NCBI GenBank assembly: GCA_902493835.1
Contig: CABURG010000001.1
Span: forward strand, 1 to 62,520
DNA length: 62,520 nucleotides
Source of the DNA: an uncultured Collinsella sp.
Lineage (GTDB): Bacteria; Actinomycetota; Coriobacteriia; Coriobacteriales; Coriobacteriaceae
Direction of reading: 5' to 3'
Part shown: piece by piece, positions 28,400 through 39,022 of the stretch
Numbering within the stretch: position 1 is the stretch's first letter
Layout: every line of letters starts with the position of its first letter
Position numbers and translations under genes: made by a program
The notes under the pieces: generated by a model
The model's database searches: none
Told to the model about the DNA's origin: nothing
The model's input: the letters and a program-made list of their open reading frames with translations, nothing else

Positions 28400-28552
28400 G
28401 GACGGCTTGGGCGGGTCCCCGTACTTAGTTTCCAAAATCATTCCGCAGCGCGAAGGCCCCCGTTGCCTCGCTTCTACGAAGCGTTGGCAACGGGGGCCTT
28501 CATGCGCGAGGACGTTTTGGAAACTAAGTACGGGGACCCGCCCAAGCCGTCC
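28400..28552. repeat. 153-nt rod-like palindrome (MITE-like)
   Basis: Perfect 38-bp outer arms, perfect 16-bp inner arms, 6-bp apical stem. Confidence 0.9.
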
Positions 28553-28576
28553 GGTGGGATCAGAGTACCCTTGCTG

Positions 28577-29434
28577 TTACTCTGCTTTGCCCACGGAGTT
28601 GAGGTTGGTCATGCGGATCTTAACCAGCTCGGTGATCTCACGCATGCCCTCCTTGGCCGGCTTCTTGGGATCGAAGCAGGCGGGGTTCTCGGCCATGTAG
28701 GCCATGAAGCCCTTGGTGTAGGCCTGACGCAGCTCGGTGGCGTAGTTAACCTTGCAGATGCCGTTCTTCACAGCCTCGGCAACCTGCTCATCGGGCACAC
28801 CGGAGGTGCCGTGCAGGACCAGCGGCACGTCAACGGCGTCGCGGATGGCCTTGACCACGGACTGCTCGATGTGCGGATCGCTCGTGTACACACCGTGGCT
28901 GGTGCCAACGCCAATTGCGAGGGAGGTGCAGCCGGTACGCTCGACGAACTCCTTGGCCTCGGCCGGATCGGTGTAGGGGCTCTCGCCCTCAACCGCGGGA
29001 CCGTCGTCCTCCTTGCCGCCAACCTTACCGAGCTCGGCCTCGACGGGCACGCCCATGGCGCGGCCAGCATCGGCGACGGACTTGGTCAGAGCGATGTTGT
29101 CCTCGAAGGACTCGTGCGAACCGTCAATCATGACAGAGGTGTAGCCAGTGCGGAAAGCCTGCATGCAGCGGTCATAGCCATCGCCGTGATCGAGGTGCAG
29201 AGCGACGGGCACGGAAGCGCGCTCGGCGGCAGCCTTGACCATGCCGTAGAAGTAGTCCAGACCAGCGGTCTTGATGGTGCCCGGGGTGGTCTGCATGATG
29301 ACGGGGGACTTGGTCTCCTCGGCAGCGGCCAGAACGGCCATAACAAACTCGAGGTTCTCGACGTTGAACGCGCCGACGGCGTAGTGGCCGGCCTGAGCGT
29401 CCTTGAGCATCTTTTCGGTGGTAACAAGTGCCAT
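28577..29434 (-). CDS. Class II ketose-bisphosphate aldolase (likely tagatose-1,6-bisphosphate aldolase)
   Basis: YAVGAFNV, LHLDHG, SVMIDGS, VEAELG, GTSHG, LVLHGTSG, KVN; near lacABC. Confidence 0.88.
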   Translation of the reverse strand: MALVTTEKMLKDAQAGHYAVGAFNVENLEFVMAVLAAAEETKSPVIMQTTPGTIKTAGLDYFYGMVKAAAERASVPVALHLDHGDGYDRCMQAFRTGYTSVMIDGSHESFEDNIALTKSVADAGRAMGVPVEAELGKVGGKEDDGPAVEGESPYTDPAEAKEFVERTGCTSLAIGVGTSHGVYTSDPHIEQSVVKAIRDAVDVPLVLHGTSGVPDEQVAEAVKNGICKVNYATELRQAYTKGFMAYMAENPACFDPKKPAKEGMREITELVKIRMTNLNSVGKAE

Positions 29435-29768
29435 GAGCGTTTGCTCCTCTCCCTCGCCCGCATCTGGACATCGGGCGTAGTTGTTCACAAGGCGTTTTAC
29501 CTTGCTTTTTGCTGCGCTCATTGTATGAAATTCAGCGGCTTTACACGCGCGAGATATTGAGCCCATGCAGGTCAATACCGTCGTTTTTGAAAAGTAAACG
29601 GAAGGAATATGAGCCGAGTGGACATGTTCGATATTGAATTTTGGGCGTTCAGCGTCTTTCTTTTATAGAAAAGATAAGTAATCGAAAGGTGTTTTCTTAC
29701 TCAAAAAGAAAATGAACGAAAATAGAGTCAACACAATTCCTGCAAATTTAGCCGAGAATGGAGCAAGC

Positions 29769-30572
29769 ATGGCCCAAGCCACCAACCGTGCTTTTGCCGA
29801 CGAACGCCGTACCGCCATTATGGAAATGCTCGATCATAACGCCTCGGTGCAGGTAGCAGAAATCGCCCAGACCTTTGGCGTGTCCTCCGTCACCGCCCGC
29901 GCCGACCTGGACGCGCTCGCCGAAGCAGGCAAGCTGCGCCGCACACATGGTGGTGCCGTATCGCTCCACAAACGCCTGACCGTCTCCACGCAGGATCGCC
30001 GCATCAATGTCAACGTCGCTGCCAAGCAGGCCATTGCGCAAAGCGCCATCGAGCTCGTCAATGACGGCGACACGCTGCTCGTCGACTCGGGCACCACGGC
30101 GCTCGAGTTCGTCCGGCTCCTCGACCAGCGCGACGGCATCACCGTCATCACGGCAGACATTACCATTGCCGATTACATCGACGAGAGCATGCCCTCGGTC
30201 GATGTTGTCATGCTGGGCGGGGCGCTGCGCAAAGGCCATCGTTATTTGTACGGACCGCTCACTATGCAGGCGCTCCAAATGGTCCATGCCGATCTGGCCG
30301 TCATGTGCCCCGGCGCCTTTGTCTCCAGCTGCGGCTTTACGACCGACTTTCCCCAGATGGCCGAGACCAAAACGGCTATGATCGCCGCGGCCCATCAAAG
30401 CGTCGCCCTCATGGACGCCAGCAAGGTTAACGGACGCGGCATGTACCGCTTTGCCGAGCTGACCGATGTCGACACCATCGTGATGGACCGTGACCCCGAT
30501 CATGCCGTCGCCACCTCAATCGCCGAGATCGTCGACAACGCCCGCCCAAATCTCCTCATCGCCGGCGCTTAA
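29769..30572 (+). CDS. DeoR/GlpR family regulator (LacR-like)
   Basis: VSSVTARADL...RTHGGA HTH; DSGTT sugar-phosphate domain. Confidence 0.92.
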   Translation: MAQATNRAFADERRTAIMEMLDHNASVQVAEIAQTFGVSSVTARADLDALAEAGKLRRTHGGAVSLHKRLTVSTQDRRINVNVAAKQAIAQSAIELVNDGDTLLVDSGTTALEFVRLLDQRDGITVITADITIADYIDESMPSVDVVMLGGALRKGHRYLYGPLTMQALQMVHADLAVMCPGAFVSSCGFTTDFPQMAETKTAMIAAAHQSVALMDASKVNGRGMYRFAELTDVDTIVMDRDPDHAVATSIAEIVDNARPNLLIAGA

Positions 30573-30574
30573 AC

Positions 30575-30610
30575 AAAAACCACCACAAAGGTCTCCTTTG
30601 TGGTGGTTGA
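30575..30610. terminator. Hairpin between convergent DeoR and fprA
   Basis: AACCACCACAAAGG/CCTTTGTGGTGGTT. Confidence 0.7.
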
Positions 30611-30631
30611 GCCTCAGAAGTGAATGTGTCG

Positions 30632-31792
30632 CTACTTGGACAGCTCGTCGGCGAGGGCCTCGATCTGGGCGCGCGAGGCGTCGTTGAGCGAGCCCAGCAC
30701 AGTCACCTTGTTCTGCGTCAGGGTGATGTCCTTCATGCCCTCGAGCTCCTTGGTCATAACCTTGGCAGCTGCGGGCGCCCAGGAACCGGACTCGACAAGC
30801 GCCACGGTGCGGTTCTGGTAGGCATGCTCGGCGAGCGTGTGAATAAAGGTGCTCATGCACGGGAAGATCTCGCCCTGATAGGTAATGGAGGCGAGCACCA
30901 GACGGTCGTAGCGGAACGCGTCCTCAACGGCCTCGGCCATGTCGTCGCGAGCCAGGTCAAAGACGGAGACCTTCTGACCGCGAGCCTCGAGCGCAGATGC
31001 GAGCTCCTCGACGGCAGCCTTCAGATGGCCATACACGCTCGCATAGGCGATCGTGATGCCCTCGTCCTCGGGCTGATAGCTCGACCAGGTGTTATAGGTG
31101 TCGAGGTAGTAGCCCAGGTTCTCGGTCAGCACGGGGCCGTGGAGCGGGCAGATGATCTGAATGTCCAGGCCGACGGCCTTCTTGAGAACGGCCTGCACGA
31201 ACTTGCCGAACTTACCGACGATGCCAAAGTAGTAGCGGCGAGCCTCGCAGGCCCACCCTTCCGGATCCTCGATGTCGTTGGCGCCGAACTTGCCAAAGCC
31301 GTCGGCACTAAAGAGCACCTTGTCGGTGGACTCGTAGGAGAAGAGCACCTCGGGCCAGTGAACGTTGGGAGCGCCGATAAAGGTCAGGCTGTGGCCGCCC
31401 AGGTCGAGCACATCGCCCTCTTTGACGACCATCTTGCGCTCGGGGTAGTCGGTGCCAAAGTAGTTGACCATCATGCGGAAGGCGCCCATGCTGGCCACAA
31501 TCTGTGCCTGGGGATAGCGCTCCATAAAGGCGGCGATACCGGCGGAGTGATCGGGCTCCATATGATGGACAACCAGGTAGTCGGGCGTGCGGCCATCGAG
31601 CACGGTCTCGAGGTTACCGAGCCACTCGTCGACAAAGCCAGCGTCGACCGAATCGGCGACAGCGATTTTATCGCCCAAGATAACGTAGCTGTTATATGCC
31701 ATACCGTTCTCGGACACGTCGTACTGGCCCTCGAACAGGTCAATGTCGTGATCGTTGACGCCAATGTAGCGGATATCCTTGGTGATCTCCAT
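30632..31792 (-). CDS. fprA: Flavodiiron protein (FprA, A-type flavoprotein)
   Basis: HHMEPDHS, HWPE, SADGFG, CPLHGP, flavodoxin domain YASVYG. Confidence 0.93.
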   Translation of the reverse strand: MEITKDIRYIGVNDHDIDLFEGQYDVSENGMAYNSYVILGDKIAVADSVDAGFVDEWLGNLETVLDGRTPDYLVVHHMEPDHSAGIAAFMERYPQAQIVASMGAFRMMVNYFGTDYPERKMVVKEGDVLDLGGHSLTFIGAPNVHWPEVLFSYESTDKVLFSADGFGKFGANDIEDPEGWACEARRYYFGIVGKFGKFVQAVLKKAVGLDIQIICPLHGPVLTENLGYYLDTYNTWSSYQPEDEGITIAYASVYGHLKAAVEELASALEARGQKVSVFDLARDDMAEAVEDAFRYDRLVLASITYQGEIFPCMSTFIHTLAEHAYQNRTVALVESGSWAPAAAKVMTKELEGMKDITLTQNKVTVLGSLNDASRAQIEALADELSK

Positions 31793-31921
31793 CAGGCAAA
31801 GCCTCCTAGATAGACAAAAGAGCTCGTCTATCATAGCACTCGTCTTTAGAGCCACAGCTATCTGCCGGCAACCTTACCGATTGTTATTTAGGCGGAATAT
31901 ACCGCCGTTGACCTGCAAAAA

Positions 31922-32953
31922 CTATACGCGATGAGCTGCCGTGGTATGTCGAATGATAAGCTGGCCGGGAATACGAATGGCAACGGTTTTGCCCGCCGTA
32001 CCCGCCTCGGGAACCGCATGCTCGAACACCTCGCGTCCGCGCTGATGTAGATCGAATCGCACGGTCGTGAGCTCGTTGTGTGCCACAAAATCATCGAGCG
32101 AATCGTCGACACCCACCACGCTCACGTCCTCGGGCACGCGCAGACCGCTATCGCGCAGCGCGGCAATCGCGCCATTTGCCATCTGGTCGTTTGCCGCGTA
32201 AATCGCCGTCATGGTGCGGTCGTGCTCGGCCAGATATCTGCCGGCCTCGTAACCGCTGTTGGCAGACCAGTCTCCCTCGAGCGGCGCCTGCGGCTGAATG
32301 TGTTTACGCTCGAGTGCATCCTGCCAGCCAGCGCGACGAAATTGCTCGTCGACCGAGAACGACGGGCCGCCAATATAGCGAATCTGCTCGTGCCCCAGCT
32401 CAAACAGGTGATCCATAAGCAAGAGCGAGCAGCCGTAATGATCGGAGTCGACCGTGGTCACCCGCGGGTGCGCGTACATGGTAACGATGACCGTGCCAAT
32501 GCCCGGCAGTGGATCAAACGTCTCAAAATCGGGCGCCATGCGGCTCATGCCGATGATGATGCCGTCCACCGGCAATGCGGCCATACGACGCGTGGCCTCG
32601 GCAAGCGAAAACTCCTCGGTCTTGGACATCTCGACCAGCGTGATGGCGCAATTATGCTCGCGAGCAGCGCTGGCGATGCCGTCAATCATTGAGAGGTTGC
32701 CAAACTTGGTGACATCGTTGACGCACAGGCCGACCGAATGGTAACGGCCGTCACGCAGCGAGCGACCGGCATAACTCGGACGAAAGCCGAGCTCTTGCAT
32801 AGCGGCCTGCACGCGCTGGCGCGTCTGCTCGTTAACGTTGGGCAAGCCGTTGGCGACGCGTGAAACCGTCTGCTGCGAAACGCCGGCAGCGCGGGCGACG
32901 TCGGCCATGGAGACCGGACGCGTACCTGTATCGTTGGACGGGCGCCTTGCCAC
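31922..32953 (-). CDS. LacI family regulator 1 (divergent from galKT)
   Basis: SMADVARAAGVSQQTVSRV HTH; VPEDVSVVG. Confidence 0.93.
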   Translation of the reverse strand: MARRPSNDTGTRPVSMADVARAAGVSQQTVSRVANGLPNVNEQTRQRVQAAMQELGFRPSYAGRSLRDGRYHSVGLCVNDVTKFGNLSMIDGIASAAREHNCAITLVEMSKTEEFSLAEATRRMAALPVDGIIIGMSRMAPDFETFDPLPGIGTVIVTMYAHPRVTTVDSDHYGCSLLLMDHLFELGHEQIRYIGGPSFSVDEQFRRAGWQDALERKHIQPQAPLEGDWSANSGYEAGRYLAEHDRTMTAIYAANDQMANGAIAALRDSGLRVPEDVSVVGVDDSLDDFVAHNELTTVRFDLHQRGREVFEHAVPEAGTAGKTVAIRIPGQLIIRHTTAAHRV

Positions 32954-33045
32954 AGGATCACCTTCACCCTTGCGAGATCTGAATAGCGTGAATGCCGGCC
33001 CGGGCAGGGGTTTAGCCCGCGCCGAGGCCCGCTATCGTCGGACGC

Positions 33046-33248
33046 ATGTTAACGTACTCTACTTTTTCAATCCGCATCTCTTCTGCTTTATAAGTCCATA
33101 CGGCAATACCGTTCACGGCTGAATTTCTACCGATTACCAGATTCTCAAAAAGTGACAAGAGTTGTGTTATGAGTACGTTAACATAGCCCGTAACGTGCGG
33201 CATCGTGAACACTTGGTTCATGCTGCTTCAAGTTGTTAACGTACTCAT
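33046..33248. promoter_or_regulatory. Three LacI-type operators, consensus ATGTTAACGTACTCAT
   Basis: Copies at 33046, 33169 (inverted), 33233. Confidence 0.8.
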
Positions 33249-33291
33249 AACGGCGCAAAACTTACCCGTACGCGCCAAGGAAAGGACTCCG

Positions 33292-34497
33292 ATGACCACC
33301 CCCGACGAAAAGACACTCGCCACGCTCACCAAGCTGTTTGAGGAGGAGTTTGGCCCCATCGGCGACCGCCAGGTGCTCTATGTGCACGCGCCCGGCCGCT
33401 CCGAGATCAGTGGCAACCACACTGACCACGAGGGTGGCCACGTTATCGCCGGCTCGCTCGATGTCGCTGTCGACGGCATTGCCGTGGCGACCGACACCAA
33501 CAAGGTTCGCGTTGCCGACGAGGGCTATCCCACGTTTGAGATCGCACTCGACACGCTAGACGTTCAGGAGTCCGAGAAGGGCACGTCCGCGAGCCTCGTC
33601 CGCGGCATGGCCCGCGAAATCGCAGCGCTTGGTGTTGAGCCCCACGGCTTCGACTTCGCCTTCACCTGCTCTGTCCCCTCGGGCGGCGGCCTTTCCAGCT
33701 CCGCTGCTGTCGAGGCGGCATACGGTCGCGCCATGGAGACGCTCTGGGGCGCACCCGCCATCGAGCCCGTCGCGCTCGCCCAGATGAGCCAGCGCACCGA
33801 GAACAACTATTACGGCAAGCCCTGCGGTCTGATGGACCAGGCCGCTGTGTGCCTGGGCGGCCTCGCCTACATGGACTTTGAGGACCAGGCTCAGCCTAAA
33901 ACCCAAAAGCTCGAGCTCAACTTTGAGGATCACGGCTATGCGCTCGTGCTCGTTAAGGTCGGTGCCGATCACGTGGCAGCCACCGACGACTACGCCGCCG
34001 TTCCGCGCGAGATGCAGGACGTCGCCGCCGAGTTTGGCAAGGAACGCCTGTGCGAGGTCGATGTTGCCGACTTTGACGCCAAGCTCCCCGAGCTGCGCGC
34101 CAAGCTGGGCGACCGCGCCTGCCTGCGCGCCGTTCACTACTGGTACGAGAACGGCCTGGTCGATAAGCGCTGGGCAGCCCTCAACGCCGGCGACATCGAT
34201 CAGTTCCTGGTCCTGACGCGCGAGTCCGGCGCCAGCTCTGCCATGTACCTGCAGAATGTCGTTGCCAAGCTGGGCTCCGAGCAGCCTTCCATGTACGCGC
34301 TTGCTCTTGCCGAGCATGTGCTCGACGGCCGTGGCGCCGTGCGCATCCACGGTGGCGGCTTTGGTGGCACCATCCAGGCCTTCGTGCCGCTCGATCTGGT
34401 CGACACCTTCATTGCCAAGATGAACGGCTGGCTGGGCGAGGGTTCTGCCCGCCACTACGCTATCTCTGACAAGGGGGCTTACGCGGCATGGCTGTAA
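33292..34497 (+). CDS. galK: Galactokinase
   Basis: APGRSEISGNHTDH, PSGGGLSSSAA, CGLMDQ, RIHGGGFGG. Confidence 0.95.
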   Translation: MTTPDEKTLATLTKLFEEEFGPIGDRQVLYVHAPGRSEISGNHTDHEGGHVIAGSLDVAVDGIAVATDTNKVRVADEGYPTFEIALDTLDVQESEKGTSASLVRGMAREIAALGVEPHGFDFAFTCSVPSGGGLSSSAAVEAAYGRAMETLWGAPAIEPVALAQMSQRTENNYYGKPCGLMDQAAVCLGGLAYMDFEDQAQPKTQKLELNFEDHGYALVLVKVGADHVAATDDYAAVPREMQDVAAEFGKERLCEVDVADFDAKLPELRAKLGDRACLRAVHYWYENGLVDKRWAALNAGDIDQFLVLTRESGASSAMYLQNVVAKLGSEQPSMYALALAEHVLDGRGAVRIHGGGFGGTIQAFVPLDLVDTFIAKMNGWLGEGSARHYAISDKGAYAAWL

Positions 34498-36116
34498 TGA
34501 CTGACGTGCGCGAGGCCGCGCAGAACCTGATCGAGTACGCTATCCACCGATCGATGATCGGCCAGGACGATCGCATCTGGGCATACAACACCATTTTGGA
34601 GTGCATCGGCGCCACGGGCCCCGCACTCGACATGGCCTGGGCGCTCCAGGTTGAGAGACTCTCGCTCTTGCACCCCGATACGCTCCCCGATTTTGACCTG
34701 GAGGGCACGCTTGCCGCGCTTTCCGAGGCCGCCGTTGTCAACGGTGCCGCCGAGGACACGGCATCGGGCCGCGACCGCATCGCCATGCGCATCATGGGCG
34801 TGCTGATGCCGAGGCCTTCGGTTGTAAACGAGGAATTCAACGGCCGCATGGGCGTCAACGAGCCCCGCGCCGCGACCGACTGGTTCTACGGTCTGTGCTG
34901 CGACGCCGGCTACGTGCGTCGTGCCGCCATCGCGCGCAATATCAAATGGAGCACCCCCACCAACTGGGGCGACCTGGAGATCACCATCAACCTGTCAAAG
35001 CCCGAAAAGGATCCGCGCGACATTGCCGCGGCCGGCGCCGCAAAGAACACGGGCGAGAAGTATCCCGCCTGTCAGCTCTGCATCGAAAACGAGGGGTATC
35101 CCGGACGCTCCGCCGCAGCCGACGGCGGCGCTCACCCCGCCCGCCAGAATCTGCGCGTTATCCCCATCCAGCTCGACGACGAGCGCTGGGGTTTCCAGTA
35201 CAGCCCGTACGCGTACTTTAACGAGCACTGCATTGCCATGAGCTCCGAGCATCGTCCGATGCACGTCGGCCGCAAGGGTCTGACCTGCCTGCTCGATTTT
35301 GTGGACCTGTTCCCGCACTACTTCATCGGCTCCAACGCCGACCTGCCTATCGTGGGCGGCTCGATTCTGTCGCACGACCACTTCCAGGGCGGCGCGCACG
35401 AGTTCCCCATGATGCACGCAGCCGAGGTCTCACAGTTTAGCGTGCCCGGTTTTGACCAGGTCAGCGGCACCGTGCTGCAGTGGCCGCTCTCGGTGCTGCG
35501 CCTGCGCTCGCACGACCGCAGCGCGCTGCTCGACGCCGCCGAGAAGATTATCCTCGCCTGGCGCGAATGGACCGATGAGTCTGTAGGCGTCATCGCGCAC
35601 ACAGCCGACGGCGTGGCGCACAACACCGTGACGCCCGTCATCCGCCGCGTCGACTCCCGCGGCAATGCCGGCGGCGAGATTTACGAGGCCTACCTGGCGC
35701 TTCGCTGCAACATCACGACCGACGAGCATCCGCTGGGCGTGTTCCACCCGCACGCCGAGTATCACCATATTAAGAAGGAGAACATCGGCCTGATCGAGGT
35801 TATGGGTCTGGCAATTTTGCCGCCGCGCTTGGTTCCCGAGCTCGGCGCTGTACGCGAGCACCTGCTGGCGGCCAAGGCCGATGCCACCTACGACCTTGCC
35901 GCCGCACTCGAGGGCGATGATCTTTGCCGCAGCCACGCCGCATGGGCCGAGGACGTTTTTGCCCGCCGCGCCGACGAGCTTACGGCGGACAACGCCATCG
36001 ATATCCTGCACGAGGAGGTCGGCGTGGTGTTTGGCCACGTGCTCGACAACGCCGGCGTCTTTAAGTGGGACGAAGCCGGCCGCGCCGCCCAGCAGCGCTT
36101 TATCGACTCGCTGTAA
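34488..36116 (+). CDS. galT: Galactose-1-phosphate uridylyltransferase (class II)
   Basis: ITINLSKPEKDP, SNADLPIVGGSILSHDHFQGG, HHIKKENIGLIEVMG. Confidence 0.95.
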   Translation: MAVMTDVREAAQNLIEYAIHRSMIGQDDRIWAYNTILECIGATGPALDMAWALQVERLSLLHPDTLPDFDLEGTLAALSEAAVVNGAAEDTASGRDRIAMRIMGVLMPRPSVVNEEFNGRMGVNEPRAATDWFYGLCCDAGYVRRAAIARNIKWSTPTNWGDLEITINLSKPEKDPRDIAAAGAAKNTGEKYPACQLCIENEGYPGRSAAADGGAHPARQNLRVIPIQLDDERWGFQYSPYAYFNEHCIAMSSEHRPMHVGRKGLTCLLDFVDLFPHYFIGSNADLPIVGGSILSHDHFQGGAHEFPMMHAAEVSQFSVPGFDQVSGTVLQWPLSVLRLRSHDRSALLDAAEKIILAWREWTDESVGVIAHTADGVAHNTVTPVIRRVDSRGNAGGEIYEAYLALRCNITTDEHPLGVFHPHAEYHHIKKENIGLIEVMGLAILPPRLVPELGAVREHLLAAKADATYDLAAALEGDDLCRSHAAWAEDVFARRADELTADNAIDILHEEVGVVFGHVLDNAGVFKWDEAGRAAQQRFIDSL

Positions 36117-36118
36117 GA

Positions 36119-36340
36119 ATCCCTTGGGGACGGAGGAAAACGGATCATTTCGTCTTCAAGACAACGGCGCCCGCCGGCAACATCGCCGACGGGCGCCGTT
36201 TTTGAGTGTAGTCATTGGGGACGTTCTTAAACGACTAGTCATTAAAGAACGTCCCCGATGACTAATGACTCGAGCGTGGAAAATCTCCCACTTTGAGCTC
36301 GTATGGGCACCAAAAGCGGGAGATTATCCACGCTCATTCT
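36119..36340. repeat. Terminator plus REP-like module mosaic between convergent galT and lacC
   Basis: Hairpin with T-tract at 36163-36203; modules matching 5672-5837 and 40883-40923. Confidence 0.75.
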
Positions 36341-36357
36341 ATTAGGAGTCGCAACCG

Positions 36358-37293
36358 CTACAACTCTACGACCTCAACACTGTTGTAGACCTCGTCCCAG
36401 CGGTCCATGACCAGGTGGCCGGTCTTGGGATCCATGGCGTTGAGCTTGCCGCAGGTATTGGCGGTCTTGAGCACCGTGACGTCGTCGGCACCAGCAGCAA
36501 TCGCATGCGCAAAGCCGGCGATGGTCGAGTCGCCGGAACCCGTCGCGTTCACGGCCGCAATCGCGGGCGTCTTGGCGCGGAACGCGCGACCCTCATGGAA
36601 GCCCACCGAACCGGCAGCGCCCATCGAAACGACAACCCAGGGAATACCGGCAAAGCGACCATCGGCGGCAAGCGCCTCGCGCAGGGCATCGACATCATCA
36701 GTCGTAAAGGACGTACCCAGCAGGCCGTTAATCTCGGTCAGGTTGGGCTTTACGAGCTCAGGCTTAGCGTCGGACTCCAGCGCGGCCTCCAGCGATGCAC
36801 CCGAGGTGTCGAGCAGCACCTTGGCGCCCGCCTTCTCGGCGATCTTGACGAGCTCGGCATAGTAGCCGGCATCGACACCACGCGGCAGCGAGCCCGAAAG
36901 CGTCACAACGTCCGCCTTCGCTGCAAGCTCGGCGAACTTAGCCGTAAAGGCCTCGAGCTCGGCCGGGGCGATCTGCGGGCCGCTCTCCAGCAGCTCGGTC
37001 TGATTGCCCTCGTGCAGGATATTCAGACAAATGCGCGTCTCACCGGCGATGGGCACAAAGTCGTTCTTGACGCCGTCGGCATCCATAAGCTCAGCCATAT
37101 AGGCACCCATGTGGCCGCCGAGCAGGCCAGTCGCGAGCACGTCGTCGCCCAGCTGCAGCAGCACGCGGCTCACGTTGAGGCCCTTGCCGCCAGCGGTCTT
37201 TTCGGGCGTCACGCGGTTCACGTCGTCGATGATCAACTTGTCGAGCTGATAGCGCGTATCAATCGACGGGTTCATGGTAACGGTCAGAATCAT
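36358..37293 (-). CDS. lacC: Tagatose-6-phosphate kinase (PfkB family)
   Basis: MILTVTMNPSID, KTAGGKGLNV, KPN, NATGSGDS. Confidence 0.9.
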   Translation of the reverse strand: MILTVTMNPSIDTRYQLDKLIIDDVNRVTPEKTAGGKGLNVSRVLLQLGDDVLATGLLGGHMGAYMAELMDADGVKNDFVPIAGETRICLNILHEGNQTELLESGPQIAPAELEAFTAKFAELAAKADVVTLSGSLPRGVDAGYYAELVKIAEKAGAKVLLDTSGASLEAALESDAKPELVKPNLTEINGLLGTSFTTDDVDALREALAADGRFAGIPWVVVSMGAAGSVGFHEGRAFRAKTPAIAAVNATGSGDSTIAGFAHAIAAGADDVTVLKTANTCGKLNAMDPKTGHLVMDRWDEVYNSVEVVEL

Positions 37294-37349
37294 ATTGAAC
37301 TCCTGTTTCCGGGGCACGACACGCGCTACCCCAAATATACGATAGCTCG

Positions 37350-38231
37350 TTAAAGGATCTCGATCTCAAAGCCGCGAGTAACTGTCTCCCCCGGCTTGGC
37401 CACCAGGCAGCCGCGCTTGTGCTCCAGGATATCGTCCTCGTCGGAGCAGGTGGACAGGCCGCCCCACGGTTCCACGGCCACAAAGTCGCCCTCGGGCTTG
37501 CTCCACACAATCAGGTACGGCATATCGGGGAACGTCAGGCGCACGCCCTTGTCCTCGGTTTTCTTGGTAAGCGTAACCACGCGGCTCTCGAGTACGTCAA
37601 AGATGGTCTCTGCGAAGTCAAAGAGTTCGTGGGTCAGCGGCAGGTCATGGCCAACCATCGGGTTCTTGCTGCGATGCTCAACATCAATCAGGCCCGTCGA
37701 GGGAACGGCAGTACAGAGCTCGGCGGCCTCGCGCTGCTCAAAACGGAGCTCGTAGTCGTCATAGGACTCGCCCTCGTCGAGCGGGCACTTAAAGCCGGGG
37801 TGGCCGCCCACAAAAAACGGCATGTCCTCGGTGCCCTCATTGGTCACCTCGTACGACACAGCCACCTTTTCCGCATCGATCGTGTAACGAGCAACGATCT
37901 TAAACGGATACGGGTACTGCTCGAGCAACTCGGCATGGTCGGCAGAGCTTAGGCTCAGCGCAACCATGTTGTCGCTCTGCTCCTCGAGCTTCCACTCCTG
38001 TTTGCGCGCAAAGCCGTGACGGGCGAGCTTAACCTCGCGGCCGCCCATGGTCATTGCGTGACCGTCGCGAAGGCCGCCGCAGATCGGGAAACAAATGGGT
38101 GCCTGGCCCGACCAGACCGCCGGGTCGCCCTGCCACAGGTACTCACGGCCGTTGGCCGTAATAGAAGTGAACGATCCGCCAGCCGTGCTCAACGCAATGC
38201 GGACAGAGCCGTTATCAAGAACAAACTCCAT
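37350..38231 (-). CDS. lacX: Aldose 1-epimerase family protein (LacX)
   Basis: EYLWQGD, PICFP, HGFAR, GGHPGF, FVAVEPW. Confidence 0.88.
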   Translation of the reverse strand: MEFVLDNGSVRIALSTAGGSFTSITANGREYLWQGDPAVWSGQAPICFPICGGLRDGHAMTMGGREVKLARHGFARKQEWKLEEQSDNMVALSLSSADHAELLEQYPYPFKIVARYTIDAEKVAVSYEVTNEGTEDMPFFVGGHPGFKCPLDEGESYDDYELRFEQREAAELCTAVPSTGLIDVEHRSKNPMVGHDLPLTHELFDFAETIFDVLESRVVTLTKKTEDKGVRLTFPDMPYLIVWSKPEGDFVAVEPWGGLSTCSDEDDILEHKRGCLVAKPGETVTRGFEIEIL

Positions 38232-38434
38232 GGGAATCTACTCCTTCACATATCATCTCGCACGATCCATTGTGAACGTCGTGCCTTTAGCAGAAAGGTA
38301 ATGAGGCAGCGCCGCAAACAAAAGAACAATGCACGTCCAGCCCGCTGGGCCAATTGGGCTGATAGCAAACCGGCCCGCGCCCCATCACAGAAACGCGAGC
38401 CGTCAACGGACTAGTTAATTACGCCGGATACCCA

Positions 38435-38959
38435 CTAATCATGGTATTCGCCGCGGTCCCACTTCTCGAGGAACTCGTCAAAGAAGTGCGGGTCGGCCTG
38501 AGCCTCGGCATCGGCCTTGTTGCAGGCATCGATCTTGGCGATCAGAGCATCGTGCTCGGGGGTCTTCTCGTAGGGCTCCTCCAGGAAGGCAAGCATGATA
38601 TCGGCCATCAGGAACTCGCCGGTAATCTTGCCGCCAAAGCCCACGATGTTGGCGTTGAGCTCGCGACGGGCATACAGGGCAGAGGTCATGTCGCGAACCA
38701 GGGCGCAACGGGCGCCGGGAACCTTGTTGACGGCGTTGGTGATGCCGATGCCGGTGCCGCACAGGGCCACGCCAAAGTCGGCCTTGCCGCTGGCAACAGC
38801 CTCGCCCACGGCCTTACCGTAGATGGGATAGTGCGTACGGGTGTGGCTGTAGGTGCCGCAGTCGAGCACCTTGTAGCCAGCCTGCTCCAGGCGGTCGGCC
38901 AGATAGATCTTCTCGTCCGTAACGATATGGTCGCAACCGATTGCGATGGTCTTCTTCAT
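38435..38959 (-). CDS. lacB: Galactose-6-phosphate isomerase subunit B
   Basis: [40 protein letters not shown]. Confidence 0.97.
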   Translation of the reverse strand: MKKTIAIGCDHIVTDEKIYLADRLEQAGYKVLDCGTYSHTRTHYPIYGKAVGEAVASGKADFGVALCGTGIGITNAVNKVPGARCALVRDMTSALYARRELNANIVGFGGKITGEFLMADIMLAFLEEPYEKTPEHDALIAKIDACNKADAEAQADPHFFDEFLEKWDRGEYHD

Positions 38960-39022
38960 CAGAACGTCCTTTCGTCTGAATTCACAAGTTGAGGTAGAAG
39001 TTCGAGTTCTCGGTGGCTCTCG

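Noticed and set aside
30632..31792. Flavodiiron gene inside the sugar cluster as a linked function
   Set aside because: Appears to be an independent unit with no shared operator; no evidence of functional linkage.
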